Assembly: GCA_951406725.2 (NCBI GenBank)
Contig: OX597837.1
Span: 41,230,001 to 41,294,000, forward strand
DNA: 64,000 bases
Source: Octopus vulgaris
Lineage: Eukaryota
Reading direction: 5' to 3'
Every line of letters begins with the position of its first letter. Positions within the stretch are counted from its first letter, which is position 1. Below, piece after piece: positions 17,471 through 32,846 of the stretch. The position numbers and the translations under genes are program-made. The notes under the pieces are model-generated. The model saw only the letters and a list, made by a program, of their open reading frames with translations. It did no database searches and had not been told where the DNA came from.

Positions 17471-17927
17471 TCAGCGCATACCACAGGTATAAGAAAGGTA
17501 GCTGTTAGTTTCGAGATACAGAGATATATTTCTTCTCATATTTCATAAGGAACTGAGGTACTTGCATTTGTCCCATACATCTACCAGACTGACTTTTTCT
17601 CCGCAGGTAATTCTTGTCTAAAACCTGTTTCCTCGAGGTTTAATTAGCAAAAGAAAGGACAGCGTCGTTTTCTTTATTATTCAAATTAATTCTTTCTGTC
17701 ATTCTTACCTTTTGGCAAAATGTCTATATATGGCGAGTATTTTTGTAATTTTTGTTGTCAACGTTAATTGTGTCATTTAAATTGCCCAAAATAATGTTAT
17801 TACTGTCTCTCGGAAAAATCGTTATCCTATTCTTGTAAATTGCAAATTTATTTTCTTTCTTCTTTACTGACACTAAAAAACATGTCTGCTTATGTTTATA
17901 TTGGAGGCGGGGCTTCTGCATTGAAGA

Positions 17928-18322
17928 ACTCTTTTACTTGTTTCAGTCATTTGATTGCGGCCATGCTGGAGCACCGCCTTTAGTCGAACAAATCGACCCC
18001 AGGACTTATTCTTTGGAAGCATAGTACTTATTCTATCAGTCTCTTTTGCCGAACTGCTAAGCTACGGGGACGTAAACACACCACCATCGGTTGTCAAGTG
18101 ATGTTGGGGGGACAAACACAGACACACAAACATATACACACACATACATATATATACATATATACGACAGGCTTCTTTCAGTTTCCGTCTACTAAATCCA
18201 CTCACAAGGCTTTGGTCGACCCGAGGCTATAGTAGAAGACACTTGCCCAAGGTGCCATGCAATGGGGCTGAATCAGGAACCATGTGGTTGGTAAGCAAGC
18301 TACATACCACACAGCCATTCCT
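17928..18322 (-). mobile_element. SINE family A
   Basis: consensus match. Confidence 0.9.
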
Positions 18323-18652
18323 ATGACCTTAATTTACAAGCACAAGGGAATTTCTGGGGGTTTTTTTTACAAAACAGGAGATAGAATTTACCAGAAATAA
18401 TTTTGTCTTTCGTTTTGTCGAAAACTGATTTGCACATAAGTTTACTCGGTAAAAAAATATTCAGAATACTAAGAGTGAAGAGTTTTCTCTTCTTTCAAAA
18501 CAACAGAACTTTCTCCAGTGTTTCCACAATGTTAATTACGCACGCGTGTTATACGTTTTAGATTTATTGAAAATCCGCTGATGAGACTGACTCTGATTTT
18601 CTCTTCGTTTCTGTTCACTTTTCTAAAAGTTCGTTTCTGTTAAACTGTTTCG

Positions 18653-19165
<513 letters not shown>

Positions 19166-19519
19166 ATATGTATATATAAGTATACGCACACACATACATA
19201 TATATATGTATAATTTTATGTACGTTTTAAGTGCAATAGAGCTGTTTAGCTGTTATTTCTAACAGTGTAGGCGTTCCAACACCCTCAGTCGTATTTAATG
19301 ATATTTATTGTTTTCCCTTTTCGGTGAATCTCTGCTACAATTTCAAAGTAAGGTGATTAAAATCAAAATAAGCAATAAGGATATCCATAGGTAATGCAGT
19401 ACGATCGTTTCATACAACTCCATTTAATTGAACAATGCAATCATTACATCAATTTAAACTGCAGAGCTGTCCTTCTGTATCTCTCTTCCTTCCTTTCTTT
19501 CTCTCTTTCTCTTTCCCTG

Positions 19520-19555
<36 letters not shown>

Positions 19556-19844
19556 GTTTGCTCACTCTCTTTCTATCACTTTTCTGTTTTTTCTGATGCA
19601 TCTCTGTACATATCTTCAATTAATTTCACACACACACACATACACACACACATACACACACACACACACGCACACTCACAGATATCCGTCTCTCTAATGA
19701 CTTCCTTCCCTCGCCCTCCCCTGTACAAAGTCCATATATCTTATAAACACTTTTCTTCTCTCTTCTTCCCGGTTTTCCGTCTCGCTATCATCCTCTGACC
19801 CCCTCCGTCATTCAGCACCACCATCACAACCACTACTTCCTTAG

Positions 19845-20428
<584 letters not shown>

Positions 20429-20516
20429 AAACTTTTTCATTTTGCCCTTTCTGTTTTTCAAGTTTTGTTTCGTCTGAATCTATCTCGTCCTCGGCATCAC
20501 AAAAACACACGCGCGG

Positions 20517-20578
<62 letters not shown>

Positions 20579-21748
20579 GAACAGACACAACGCGCACACG
20601 CGCGTGCACATGCACACACATACAGACATCACACGGACGCATGCACACACGCACACCCATACACGCACGTACACAGATACACACAAACAAGCACCCGCAT
20701 GCACAAACAGAACCCGCACAAACACACACAAACACGCACGCATAAACACACACACACACAAAAATACACACACATACATGCACACAGACAAACACAACCA
20801 CGCACGCGCACGCACACACACAAACACGCACGCAGACACACACACAAACACAAATACACACATACACACACATACATGCACACAAACACAAACATGACCA
20901 CACACGCGCACACAAACACACACACAAAAATACACACACACATATTTGCACACAGACAAACACAACCACGCACGCGCATACACACGCACAAACACACACG
21001 CACGCAAACACACACACACACACACAAACATACACAAACGCACACAAAAACACTAACGCACGCACACACCTGCGCATCGTTCGCCCTCTAACGGTAATTA
21101 AAGTCAGCGAAGAAGTATAATAAGGCGTTTTAATGAAGGAAATTTATGAGGTGTTTTTGGTTAGAAATTGCTTCGAACTAAAACAGTAAAACTAGCAGAG
21201 TTAATGATTTTGGTGCGGAATCACGGATTGGGAGAGAGAACAGCAGCAACTATAGAGGTGGCGGTTGGCAGCGGCGACGGTGACGACGGCGTCACAATAA
21301 TAAACAACAATAACTAACCACAATAATAAATAAATAACGCGTTCGTACAGCACTCGACAACATCAAAAATAACATATAGCAACAACAACAAAGACAATAA
21401 CAACACGATAATGATAAACAACACAAACAGAGCAACACAATATTGATGATATACAGCAGAAAATAACTTCACAAACAACAACGAGAAAAAATAACAAAGC
21501 AATAATCCCATCCTGGCGGAAATCGGGTGAAATTGAAAAGGTTTTAAAACATTAACTCGAGATGCCTATACGTGTGTGTGTGTGCGTGTTTGTGTGTGTG
21601 TGTGTGTATGTGTGTGTACGTGTGTGTGTGTGTATGTGTGTGCGTGCTTGTGCGTGTGTGTATATATGTGTGTGTGTGTATAAATATATTTATATATTTG
21701 TGTATCTATGTATTTATGTATGTATATATATATATAATGTGTGTGTGC

Positions 21749-21833
<85 letters not shown>

Positions 21834-21870
21834 AAAGAAATAAAATATACATTTTTTAAAAGAGATATAT

Positions 21871-22223
21871 AGGCTGTGTGGTAAGTAGCTTGCTAACTAT
21901 CCACATGGTTCCGGGTTCAGTCCCACTGCGTGGAATCTTGGGCAAGTGTCTTCTGCTATAGCCGCGGGCCGACCAATGCCTTGTGAGTGGATTTGGTAGA
22001 CGGAAACTGAAAGAAGCCTGTCCTATATATGTATATATATATATATATGTGTGTGTATGTCTGTTTGTCCCCCTAGCATTGCTTGACAACCGATGCTGGT
22101 GTGTTTACGTCCCCGTCACTTAGCGGTTCGGCAAAAGAGGCCGATAGAATAAGTACTAAAGGTGGTGCTCCAGCATGGCCGCAGTCAAATGACTGAAACA
22201 AGTAAAAGAATAAAAGAAAAGAA
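21871..22223 (+). mobile_element. SINE family A with internal deletion
   Basis: consensus match; lacks the ctaggcttac...tcgac module. Confidence 0.85.
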
Positions 22224-22374
22224 TATTCGCTATGACAGGTTAAGACGATCGGCGCTAGTCTCACATTGTCTTTCTTTTTTCTATTTATTTGGTTTGTTTT
22301 TCTGTTTGCTACTTACAACATACCTATTCGATTCTTACCAATTTTCTAATTTTTCTTTTTTTGTAAACAATATA

Positions 22375-22780
<406 letters not shown>

Positions 22781-23669
22781 GTGCGGTTGGAATGGTGGTG
22801 ATGGAGGTGAAGATGGTAATGGTGGTGGTAGCGGTACAGGTGGGGCTACTGTTAGTGATAGTTATGGTGGTGGTGGTGATAGTAGTGGTAGCAGTGGTTG
22901 GAATGGTGGTGGTGATGGGGATAGAGGTGGTAATGGTGGTGATGGTGGTCCAGGTGGCGCTCGTGTTAGTTATGGTGGTGATAGTGTTGGCGGCGGTTGG
23001 CATGGCGGTGATCGTAAACTAATGGTAGTGGTGGTGTTGGTGTTGGAGGTTGTGGTGGTAGTAGTTGTGGTGGTGGCGGTGGTGGTGGTGGTGTTGGTGG
23101 TGGTGGTTGAAACAGGTGCATTGGAATTGCAATTTCTTTCAGTGTTAATTAATGAATATGTAGATGCGTATGTATTGCATATCCACATGGCTGTGTATGT
23201 GTGTATGCATATGTGCATGCATGTGTGTATGTGTGTAGGAGCATATACGCGTGTGTGCGTGAATATACGCGCATGTGTGCGTGTGCGTGCGTAAGCATAT
23301 ACGCATGTGTGTGTCTGTGTGTATCTGTGTGTGTGTGTGTGCGTGTGTGTGCGTGTGAGCGTGTACATATAAGCGTGTGTGTGTGTGTTTGTTAGAGAAA
23401 GACAGAGAGATAGAGAGGGGGTGAGAAATCGAAGTGAGGGTATGAGGGGGGGGGGAGATTGACAGAGACGAATAAGGCGACAGACCGGCAGACAGGCCGA
23501 CAGACAGGCGGAGAGAGAGATTTGAAGTTTGTGAAAGAAAATCGTTGTGAAGCGGGGGAGTTATGAGAACGAAATGTGTGGAGAATGAGAAAGAGAGAGA
23601 GAGAGCAGAGACTCATGGGATAGAATGGTGGTGGTGGTGGTGGTGGTGGTGGTGTTAGTGACAATAGAG

Positions 23670-24052
23670 AGTGAAGGTGCAATGGCCCAGTGTTTAGGGC
23701 AGCGGACTCGCGGTCGTAGGATCGCAGTTTCGGTTCCCAGACCGGGCGTTGTGAGTGTTTACTGAGCGAAAACACCGAAAGATCCACGAGGCTTCGGCAG
23801 GGATGGTGGTGAACCCTACTGTACTCTTTCGCCACAACTTTCTCTCACTCTTTCTTCCTGTATCTGTTGTACCTGTATTTCAAAGGGGGCCAGCCCTTGT
23901 CACACTCTGTGTCATCACGCTGAATCTCCCTCCAGAACTACGTTGAGGGTACACGTGTCTGTGGAGTGCTCAGCCACTTGCACGTTAATTTCAAGAGCAG
24001 GCTGTTCCGTTGATTGGATCAACTGGAACCCTCGTCGTCGTAACCGACGGAG
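23670..24052 (+). mobile_element. tRNA-derived SINE family C, near full length
   Basis: A/B boxes tggcccagtgtttagg and gtttcggttccc; homologous to 1689-1950. Confidence 0.8.
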
Positions 24053-24607
24053 GTCCACGTCGACAGTAGAGATTTGGGTGAGAGGAGGGGAGCTGGAAAT
24101 GGTTGAGGCAATGGCTAATGTGGTAAGGTGGTGGCTATCGTGATGGTGTTGGTTGTAGTAGTAGTGGTAGTGATGGTGGTAACAAGAGTGGTGGTGGGAG
24201 GTTAATGGTGGTGGTAGTGGTGGTGGGTGTGGTTTTGTTGTTGTTGTTGGTGGTGGTGTTGGTGGTAGTATGGTAGTTATGATGGCAGCGTTGATGGTAA
24301 TAGAGGTGGTAACAGTGGTGGTGGTGGTGGTGGTGGTGGTAGTGTTAACAGTGATGGTTGATGGTGATGAGCGTGGTGGTTATGTTTGCAAGATCTAGGT
24401 TACCAGAGTCGGAAGTTTGTAAGTGTTTAATATCATAATGCTAGAAAGAGCAGTCAAATGTTCAGCAAAACTGATTACACGGCGTTAACAAAATCTAAAA
24501 CACATTGGATAATGTCAGTCAATAAGCGCGAAGGTACATAGGTCGAGTATTCCTAGAATTCAAGCTGACCCGAAACTAAAGAACAATGATAACAACAGAA
24601 ACAGCAA

Positions 24608-24655
<48 letters not shown>

Positions 24656-24789
24656 CTGCAACAGCAACAACACCAGCTCTGTATTTTCATCTCTCCCCTC
24701 ACCTCAGCCGTATTATTGCCTTCACTTCCAAGAACCACCGTCTATATTTATCGACCATTTAGAACCCGGGAAGGTCTAGCGTCTCTCAT

Positions 24790-25840
24790 CTTCCACTATC
24801 ACCATCACCACCACCACCGCTTCCACCACCATCGCCATCACTAGCGGCATCACCGCCACCACTACCACCACCATCACCACCACCATCCCCCACCACCACC
24901 ATCAACATCACCTCCACTACCATTAACCTCACCACCACTACCACAACTACCATCACCACAACCACTACCATCACCACCACCACCATTACTACTACCACCA
25001 CCACCATTACCACCACCACCACAACCACTACTTCCATCACTGCCACTAACACCACTACCATCACTACTATCACCACCGCCACCACCACCACTATCCACCA
25101 CGATCATTACTACCACAATCACCACCAACATCGCCACACAAACACTATTACCACCACAACTACCATTGTCAACGCCACCATCATCACCAGCACTAACACT
25201 ACAACCTCAACCACCACCACAAGAACCGCTACCATCCAAAGCACCATCCGCACCACCACAACTTCCATGACCTACCACTAACACCTCAACCACCACACAA
25301 CAACCCCCAACTACTGCCAACGACACTACCATCACTGGTACGGAATCAACCCGCCCGGCCACCCCTTCCACCGTCATAAACAACACCCGGTCTCGGAACG
25401 GGGATTAAGTAAAGGTGAATGTTTGAATAACTAATTAATCTCTCTCTATCCATTGTTCTTTTCTGTTTGAAGGCCACCCTCTCTCCTCTCCCCTCTCTCT
25501 CTCTTTCTCTCTTTCTTTCTCTCTCTCTTCCTCTGTCTCTATCGCTGCAGGGTAGTCTGTCTGTCTGTCTGTCCGTGTATACTCAATTGTTCTTCTCAGT
25601 GCCTGATACAACCGCCCACCTCCACCCCACCGCACCCCATGTTCCTTCGACCCCGCACGGCACAGAGCACCAACATCGCTAACTTTATTCGGCTGTCCCC
25701 CACCCATGGTCACAAACAATTCGCTGACAATATAGCAAAGCTTCTGTCATCGGCAATTCCAAGACCAGAATCATCATTACCTTTATCATCATCATCATCA
25801 TTAACTTCGCTGTCGTCATCACCATCATCATCATCGTCAC

Positions 25841-25886
<46 letters not shown>

Positions 25887-26022
25887 GTCACCATCACCAT
25901 CATCATCATCATCACCATCATCGTCATCATCATCATCATCATCATCATCACCACACCATCATCATCATCATTAACTTCGTTGTCGTCACCATCATCATCA
26001 TCATCATCATCATCATCGTCAC

Positions 26023-26060
<38 letters not shown>

Positions 26061-26064
26061 CCAC

Positions 26065-26101
<37 letters not shown>

Positions 26102-26225
26102 GTCACCATCATCATCATCATCATCATCACCACCACCACCACCACCACCACCACCACCACCACCACCACCACCACCACCATCATCATCATCATTATCATC
26201 ATCATCATCATCATCATCATCATTA
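24790..26225. repeat. Degenerate (ACC)n and (CAT)n arrays with short unique islands
   Basis: direct reading. Confidence 0.85.
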
Positions 26226-26647
26226 ATAAATTTTTACCTGTCCCACTCCGTCAATTTGGATTCTTGTTCGCATTCATAGCAACCCTTGTTGCTAAGCGTG
26301 GGTTATACATTAATTTTTCCGAACTTTGAAATGAAATAAAAAACCTACGACCTTCTACGTCAATAAATTACTAATGTTCCTGGACGTTGTATTTATATCT
26401 ACCACGGACTGTTCGAAACGTACAAACTTCCTACACTTAGATCGTCGGATCATCGTCTGAAGAAATGGATCAATGATGATGATGATCAACCGCATGCCCA
26501 TGGATACTACGGACTGTACTGTAATAATCTCAGGAATATGGTATACGGAATACGGTCTTAAAAGACATTTCATTTGTGGAAGCGTGCGTAGGGATGCATT
26601 AAATGTTTATAAATACAATCCTAGGATTATTATTATTATTATTATTA

Positions 26648-26678
<31 letters not shown>

Positions 26679-26727
26679 CATTATTATTATTATTATTATT
26701 ATCATTATTATTATATATACACATACA

Positions 26728-27157
26728 TAGGAGCAAGTTCCGGGTTCACTGCGTGGCACCTTGGGCAAGTGTCTTCTACTATAGCCTCCTTATGAGTGGA
26801 ACTGGTTGACGGAAACTGAAAGAAACCCGACGTTTACATGTATATTTGTGTGTGTAGGTGTGGGTGTGGGTGTTTGTTTGGGTTGGTGGTAGGTGGGCGT
26901 TCTTATGTCCGTGTTTGTCTCCCAGCACCGCTTGACAACCGGTGTTAGCGTGTTTGCATCCTCGTAACATAGCGCTTCGGAAAAAAAAGAGACCGACAAC
27001 AGAAGTACCAAGCTTTGAAAAATAAGTACAGGGGTTGATACATTCCACTAAAAATACTTCAAGGTGGAGCCCCAGCATGGCCGCAGCCTAATGGCTGAAA
27101 AATGAAAAAGATATATGTAAGTATATATGTGTACGTATGTATGTAGGTATATACATG

Positions 27158-27192
<35 letters not shown>

Positions 27193-27470
27193 ATACACAA
27201 ACGTATACACTCACACGCACACATATGCAAAGAGAAATACATACCTACATATTCTTTTCTTTTTTTCTTTTACTTGTTTCAGTCATTTTTACCGCGGCCA
27301 TGCTGGAGCACCGTCTTTCAGTCGAACAAATCGACCACCAAAAGCCTATTCTTTGTAAGCCTAGTACTTTTTCTATCGTTTTCCTTTTGCCGAACCGCTA
27401 CGTTACGGGGAGGTAAACACACCGATATCACATGTCAAGCGATGGTAGGGAAACAAATACAGAAACATAT
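26728..27470. mobile_element. Two diverged SINE A copies, tail to tail (26728-27110 +, 27262-27470 -)
   Basis: consensus matches. Confidence 0.75.
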
Positions 27471-27538
27471 ACAAGTACACACATGCACACACACATACAC
27501 ACATACATATAAATATATCTATATTTATATATATATAT

Positions 27539-27610
<72 letters not shown>

Positions 27611-27782
27611 TACACTTCGTCAAATTTTCCTGAAAATCTATTCCTAAAGTTTTGTAACGCGAAAAGTACTTTCCTATTGGGTTCCACAGAAATACAATTC
27701 GCATTACGGAACTTTACGTTACAGTAAAACATTACTTCCGTGATGTGGGTGATACATACATGTATCACCCACATCACAGAAG

Positions 27783-27850
<68 letters not shown>

Positions 27851-27997
27851 ATGTGAAATAGAAAGATGAATAATCTTGTAGTAGATTAATCAGAAGTATA
27901 CACACACACACACACTATATATATATATATGTATATACACATATATAAATACATACATATATGTGTGTGTGTATGTATTTATATATGTTTGTATGTG

Positions 27998-28069
<72 letters not shown>

Positions 28070-28434
28070 CGTACATATGTACGTATCAGCCACGTTACGG
28101 AAGTAATATATATATATATATGGATGGATGGATGGATGGGAGGATATGTATTCATGTTTGACATACACATGAATGCATGTGTTCGTGTGTATGTGTGTGT
28201 GTGTGCTTGTGTGTGTGTACGTGTTTGTACGTGTGTGTGTGTGTGTGCGTACAGCGAAGAATTCTTAGACAGACAGGGACAGACAAGCATACGAAACGAC
28301 ATTGGCAAACATTTTGGGACGTAAAGACAGGGAAATGAATAAGGATGATATGGAAGGAAAGGGGGCAGGGATAAGATGGAGGTAAGGGTTAAGTTGTCAA
28401 ATATATAAAGAAAAATAGAGGTTAACTGTTTAAG

Positions 28435-28450
28435 TAGCGCCATCTGTCGT
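28435..28450 (-). promoter_or_regulatory. Candidate CTCF site
   Basis: minus strand ACGACAGATGGCGCTA versus consensus CCACYAGRKGGCGCTA; weaker second site at 28518-28533. Confidence 0.4.
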
Positions 28451-28665
28451 GCTGTCGTCGGCTTGGTGTTTATATGTCGGTTAAGCTGTTTGTTTCTCAG
28501 TCACGTGATCGGCTGTACAGCGCCATCGATAGCACTTTCCACCCTCGCATCCTCGCATCTCACTGCTTCCAGCCTAACCCTCCACCTGTTTCGCTCACAA
28601 CGTTGATTCATTACAAGTCTGTTGTATTCATATCATACGGCGTGAATGTACAGTGCGCGAGTTAC

Positions 28666-28730
<65 letters not shown>

Positions 28731-29139
28731 TATGTGTGTGTGTAAATAATGTGGGTGGCTAATTAGAGATTGTGCAACCTAAAGGCAGAAATATATATGT
28801 CAACAATATTGCTAGAAATAAGAGCTAAAATAACTCAATACTCCCACAAGAACTGTTTCAATGACGGACCATGGAGACAAGCTTCACAAGGTCTCAGATA
28901 TAGCCAGATCATCGAGGATTTTAAATTTTATTGCTTAACGCATCATTATGCTCATCTGTGGCTCCCACTGCACCTAGGGTGGAGAGGACCATATATATAT
29001 ATATATGTCTTTTGTTTTCTTGTTTGTTCACTCCATATATTACATGATCACGTGGTCGTACCAGTTGATCCTGTCTCCTCTCATCACCCATGAACTTCTA
29101 GCCAATACACCCTCATACGTCGTCTAACGACGGGAGAGT

Positions 29140-29253
<114 letters not shown>

Positions 29254-29890
29254 AGATGTATATATATATATATAAATATATATATATACGAGGGGATTCT
29301 TTCAGTTTCCGTCTACCAAATACACTATCAAGGCCTTAGTAGGCTCGAGACCATAGTAAACGGCATTAGCCAAAGGTGCTACCCAGTGGGACTGAACCCT
29401 GAACCATGTGGTTGGTAAGTAAACCTCTTACCACGGAAGAGTTTTCGATCATAGACTATATGTTAAGACAAAAGACGGATCGTAATTGTGGTGTTGTAAC
29501 TATGATCAAGGAATGCTTTTGGTCAGAGATCAGCTGAACCAGTGAGGAGCAACAACGAAGCCAACAAGACCAACAAATTGTCTCTACGAGTCAAAATCTC
29601 CCTCATATCATCCCCCACGGTCTTTATTTTAATGGGTCACATCACATTCATAATTGATCAACAGCAACAGCAGCAGCCGTTCAAGAATTTGGACCTGGAG
29701 ATCTCCTTTTCCAGCGACTTCGAGGGCCACCTCCCAGTGGTGTCGGGCGTCAACGAAGAGCCCTCGACTACAACAAGACGACCAAAGTTTTTTTTTTTTT
29801 CAAGGTCTGGGGTCTCCTGCCCCCTAAGCCCTAGACCATCACCTAATCACCCTTACCCGTCTTGTTGCTTAACAACAGCACAACAGCAGC

Positions 29891-29946
<56 letters not shown>

Positions 29947-30176
29947 CAGCAGCAGCAGCAGCCGTTCAGAAATTTGGACCTGGAGATCTCCATTTCCAGT
30001 GACTTCGAGGGCCACCTCAAGTGGTGTCGGGCGTCAACGAAGTTTACTAACCAGCCACATGGTTCAGGGTTCAGTCCCACTGTGTAGCACCTTTGGCTAA
30101 TGCCGTTTACTATGGCCTCGAGCCTACTAAAGCCTTGATAGTGTATTTGGTAGACGGAAACTAAAGGAATCCCGTC

Positions 30177-30211
<35 letters not shown>

Positions 30212-30241
30212 TTCTCTTTAGATCCCGTCGGAATCCCGTCG

Positions 30242-30275
<34 letters not shown>

Positions 30276-30568
30276 TATATACATCAAGACGACCAAAGTT
30301 TTTTTTTTCCAGGGTATGGGGTCTCCCACCCCTAAGCCCTAGACCATCACCTAATCACCCTTACCCGTCTTGTTGCTTAACAACAACAACAACAACAGCA
30401 GCAGCAGCAGGAACAGCAGTGGTATGCTATTTAATAGTTCGACCATTGCATTATGTGTAAACAAACCAGAGTTATTTATTTTCAAATTTTTTTCCAAACA
30501 GATTAAACAAAATAAACAAACATACAAGCATTGATATCAACAAACAATGTTGACTGGCGATTCTCACG

Positions 30569-30574
30569 TTTATT
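30569..30574 (-). terminator. Candidate polyadenylation signal
   Basis: AATAAA followed ~20-60 nt downstream by a GT/T-rich tract. Confidence 0.3.
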
Positions 30575-30765
30575 GAAGTCACTATAGTGTAAGGTGTGGC
30601 TTGACTTCTGTGGCGGTGACGGCCGTGGTGGAAGCCGTGGTGGTGGCGACGCCGACGAGCGTGGTGGAAGCGACGGCGACGGGCGTGGTGCATCCAAGCC
30701 TTATTTTAGCTATGTCTCTAGTAGTCTACTGGCAAAGCATGTTCACCACTTAAGGCTACCTGGCG

Positions 30766-30842
30766 TCAATCTCGGTAAATGTAGTCTGGTCGCTTGATCC
30801 AATTCAGGAATTCCTCGAGTGCCTTGAGTTTATTCTTAGTGA
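30766..30842 (-). CDS. Candidate terminal coding exon (V)TKNKLKALEEFLNWIKRPDYIYRD-stop, unknown protein
   Basis: acceptor cactccgtcttccgtatcag; phase 1 matches the exon at 31809-32051; AATAAA ~190 nt past the stop. Confidence 0.3.
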
Positions 30843-30857
30843 CTGATACGGAAGACG

Positions 30858-31046
30858 GAGTGTACTGGAAATTTCATTTATCACGACGACTGTTTCGGCA
30901 AACTTATGCACAGCTCCCTGGTGGGTGGGGAACGATATGATGAAATCGAATGCACTCCAATGTGAGGTGCGTTCCCCATCCACTTGGGAGCAGTGTAGAA
31001 GTTTTCTAAAACAATCGTTGTGATAAATGAAGTTCCCAACACACTC
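30858..31046. repeat. Ungapped 77 bp inverted repeat with 35 nt spacer (old MITE or long hairpin)
   Basis: arms 30858-30934 and 30970-31046, 62 of 77 complementary. Confidence 0.85.
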
Positions 31047-31051
31047 TAGAG

Positions 31052-31114
<63 letters not shown>

Positions 31115-31152
31115 ATATTTCGGAATGGTCATACCGACCAGGCTATTTAAAC

Positions 31153-31218
<66 letters not shown>

Positions 31219-31263
31219 AATATATATATATAGAAATATTAAAATTACTAAGTCTAACAATTA

Positions 31264-31369
<106 letters not shown>

Positions 31370-31428
31370 GGAGAGAGGGGGAGAGAGAGGGAGAGGGAGA
31401 GGGAGAGAGAGGGAGGAATAGAGAGCGA

Positions 31429-31505
<77 letters not shown>

Positions 31506-31808
31506 GGGAGGGGAAGTCAGTGAGGGAGGGAGAAAGAGAAACCTTATTGAACGCGACTGATAGAAGCTCTTTCTGCTCTCCTCATACATATTAGAGAAAT
31601 ATGTTATCGCATATAACCAGAGGGGGAGATAATGGGAAAGAAGTGAGAGAACGAGAGAAACTCTAACACAAGAGAAACATTGAGACGCCTGATGTCAAGT
31701 AAGTCAGCGTCGAATCAATGACGCCAAACATGCGGCGCCAGATCGGCTGCACCAGAATGGCTGCGCCAGAACGGCTGCACCAGAACAGTTGCCCAGAACC
31801 TCTCATAC

Positions 31809-32051
31809 CTAATGGAATGTGAAGTTGAAAAGGTAATAAAGGCTCGGAAAAGGAAATAGTTGCGACTGTAGCAGAGGGCGGGGTGAACGTCGTGCGGTGG
31901 GGGGTACGGTGGAGGGGGAGTTGGACGTGGCGGTGGAAGGAGGTGGTGGTAGAGGTGCTACTGGACGTCGTGGCAGAGTCCTGAAGAGCAGCGGAAACCG
32001 TTGGAGCATTTTTCCCACGGAAGTTTATATATTCAGGATATTTCTGTATTG
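31809..32051 (-). CDS. Candidate internal coding exon, Ser/Thr/Pro-rich, unknown protein
   Basis: acceptor tcttgttttctgtcag, donor TTAG/gtatga, 243 nt, phase 1-1, open frame AIQKYPEYINFRGKNAPTVSAALQDSATTSSS...FQLHIPL. Confidence 0.4.
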
Positions 32052-32221
32052 CTGACAGAAAACAAGACAGACTCTTTAGAAATAGAACAAATATTTGTCC
32101 CCACCTAAACAATGCCGCTTATATGTATGTGTGTGTGTGTGTGTATGTGCACATACATATATATATATGTATGCATGTATGTATGTATGTATGTATGTAT
32201 GTAAGTATGCATGTATGTGTG

Positions 32222-32307
<86 letters not shown>

Positions 32308-32846
32308 TATATGTAGATAGATATATAAATAGAGAGAGAGAGTGAGGTAGGCAAATAGACAGATATGCGAGTGTATATGTGTATATAAATATAAGTATAT
32401 ATGTAGTGACATCCACATAAATACATGTGTATATATATATATGTACACACACACAGACAGACATATATGTGTATGTATATATCTATCTATATATATGTGT
32501 GTGTGTGTGTTTGTATATATATACATATATATATGCATATATGTGTTTATATATATATATATATACATATATATACGCATGTATATATAAGGTGGAAGAG
32601 TGACATATATATATGTATATATATATAGGTTTGTGTGTATTTGTGCATATGTACATCTATAAATATGCATACATTCGCCTGCACACATATTTATATATAT
32701 ACATATATATGTGAATCTAAGTATTTGTGCGTGCGCGCATCTGCGCACGCGTGTTTCTGTAATCGTCTACCTCTACCTGTCTCTGCGTGTGTGCAACTAT
32801 GCATGTATTATACATGCATTTCCATGCGAACACACACATTTATGTA

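Noticed and set aside
17375-18600. CTGACGA (17376) and CTGATGA (18578) cores; also 26457, 40875 and 49647
   Set aside because: No downstream stem II plus GAAA
24557-24779. Possible + strand poly-Asn exon (IQADPKLKNNDNN...EPGK)
   Set aside because: Weak splice signals, built around an (AAC)n repeat, no partner exon
25140-25974. Mucin-like or Ser-rich + strand ORFs with an apparent donor at ~25415 and acceptor at ~25599
   Set aside because: All upstream frames are interrupted and the sequence is degenerate ACC/CAT repeat; not supportable without RNA data
31975-32010. CTGAAGA..GAAAC..GTT hammerhead-like string
   Set aside because: Stem II cannot form from 6 nt and stem I is poor
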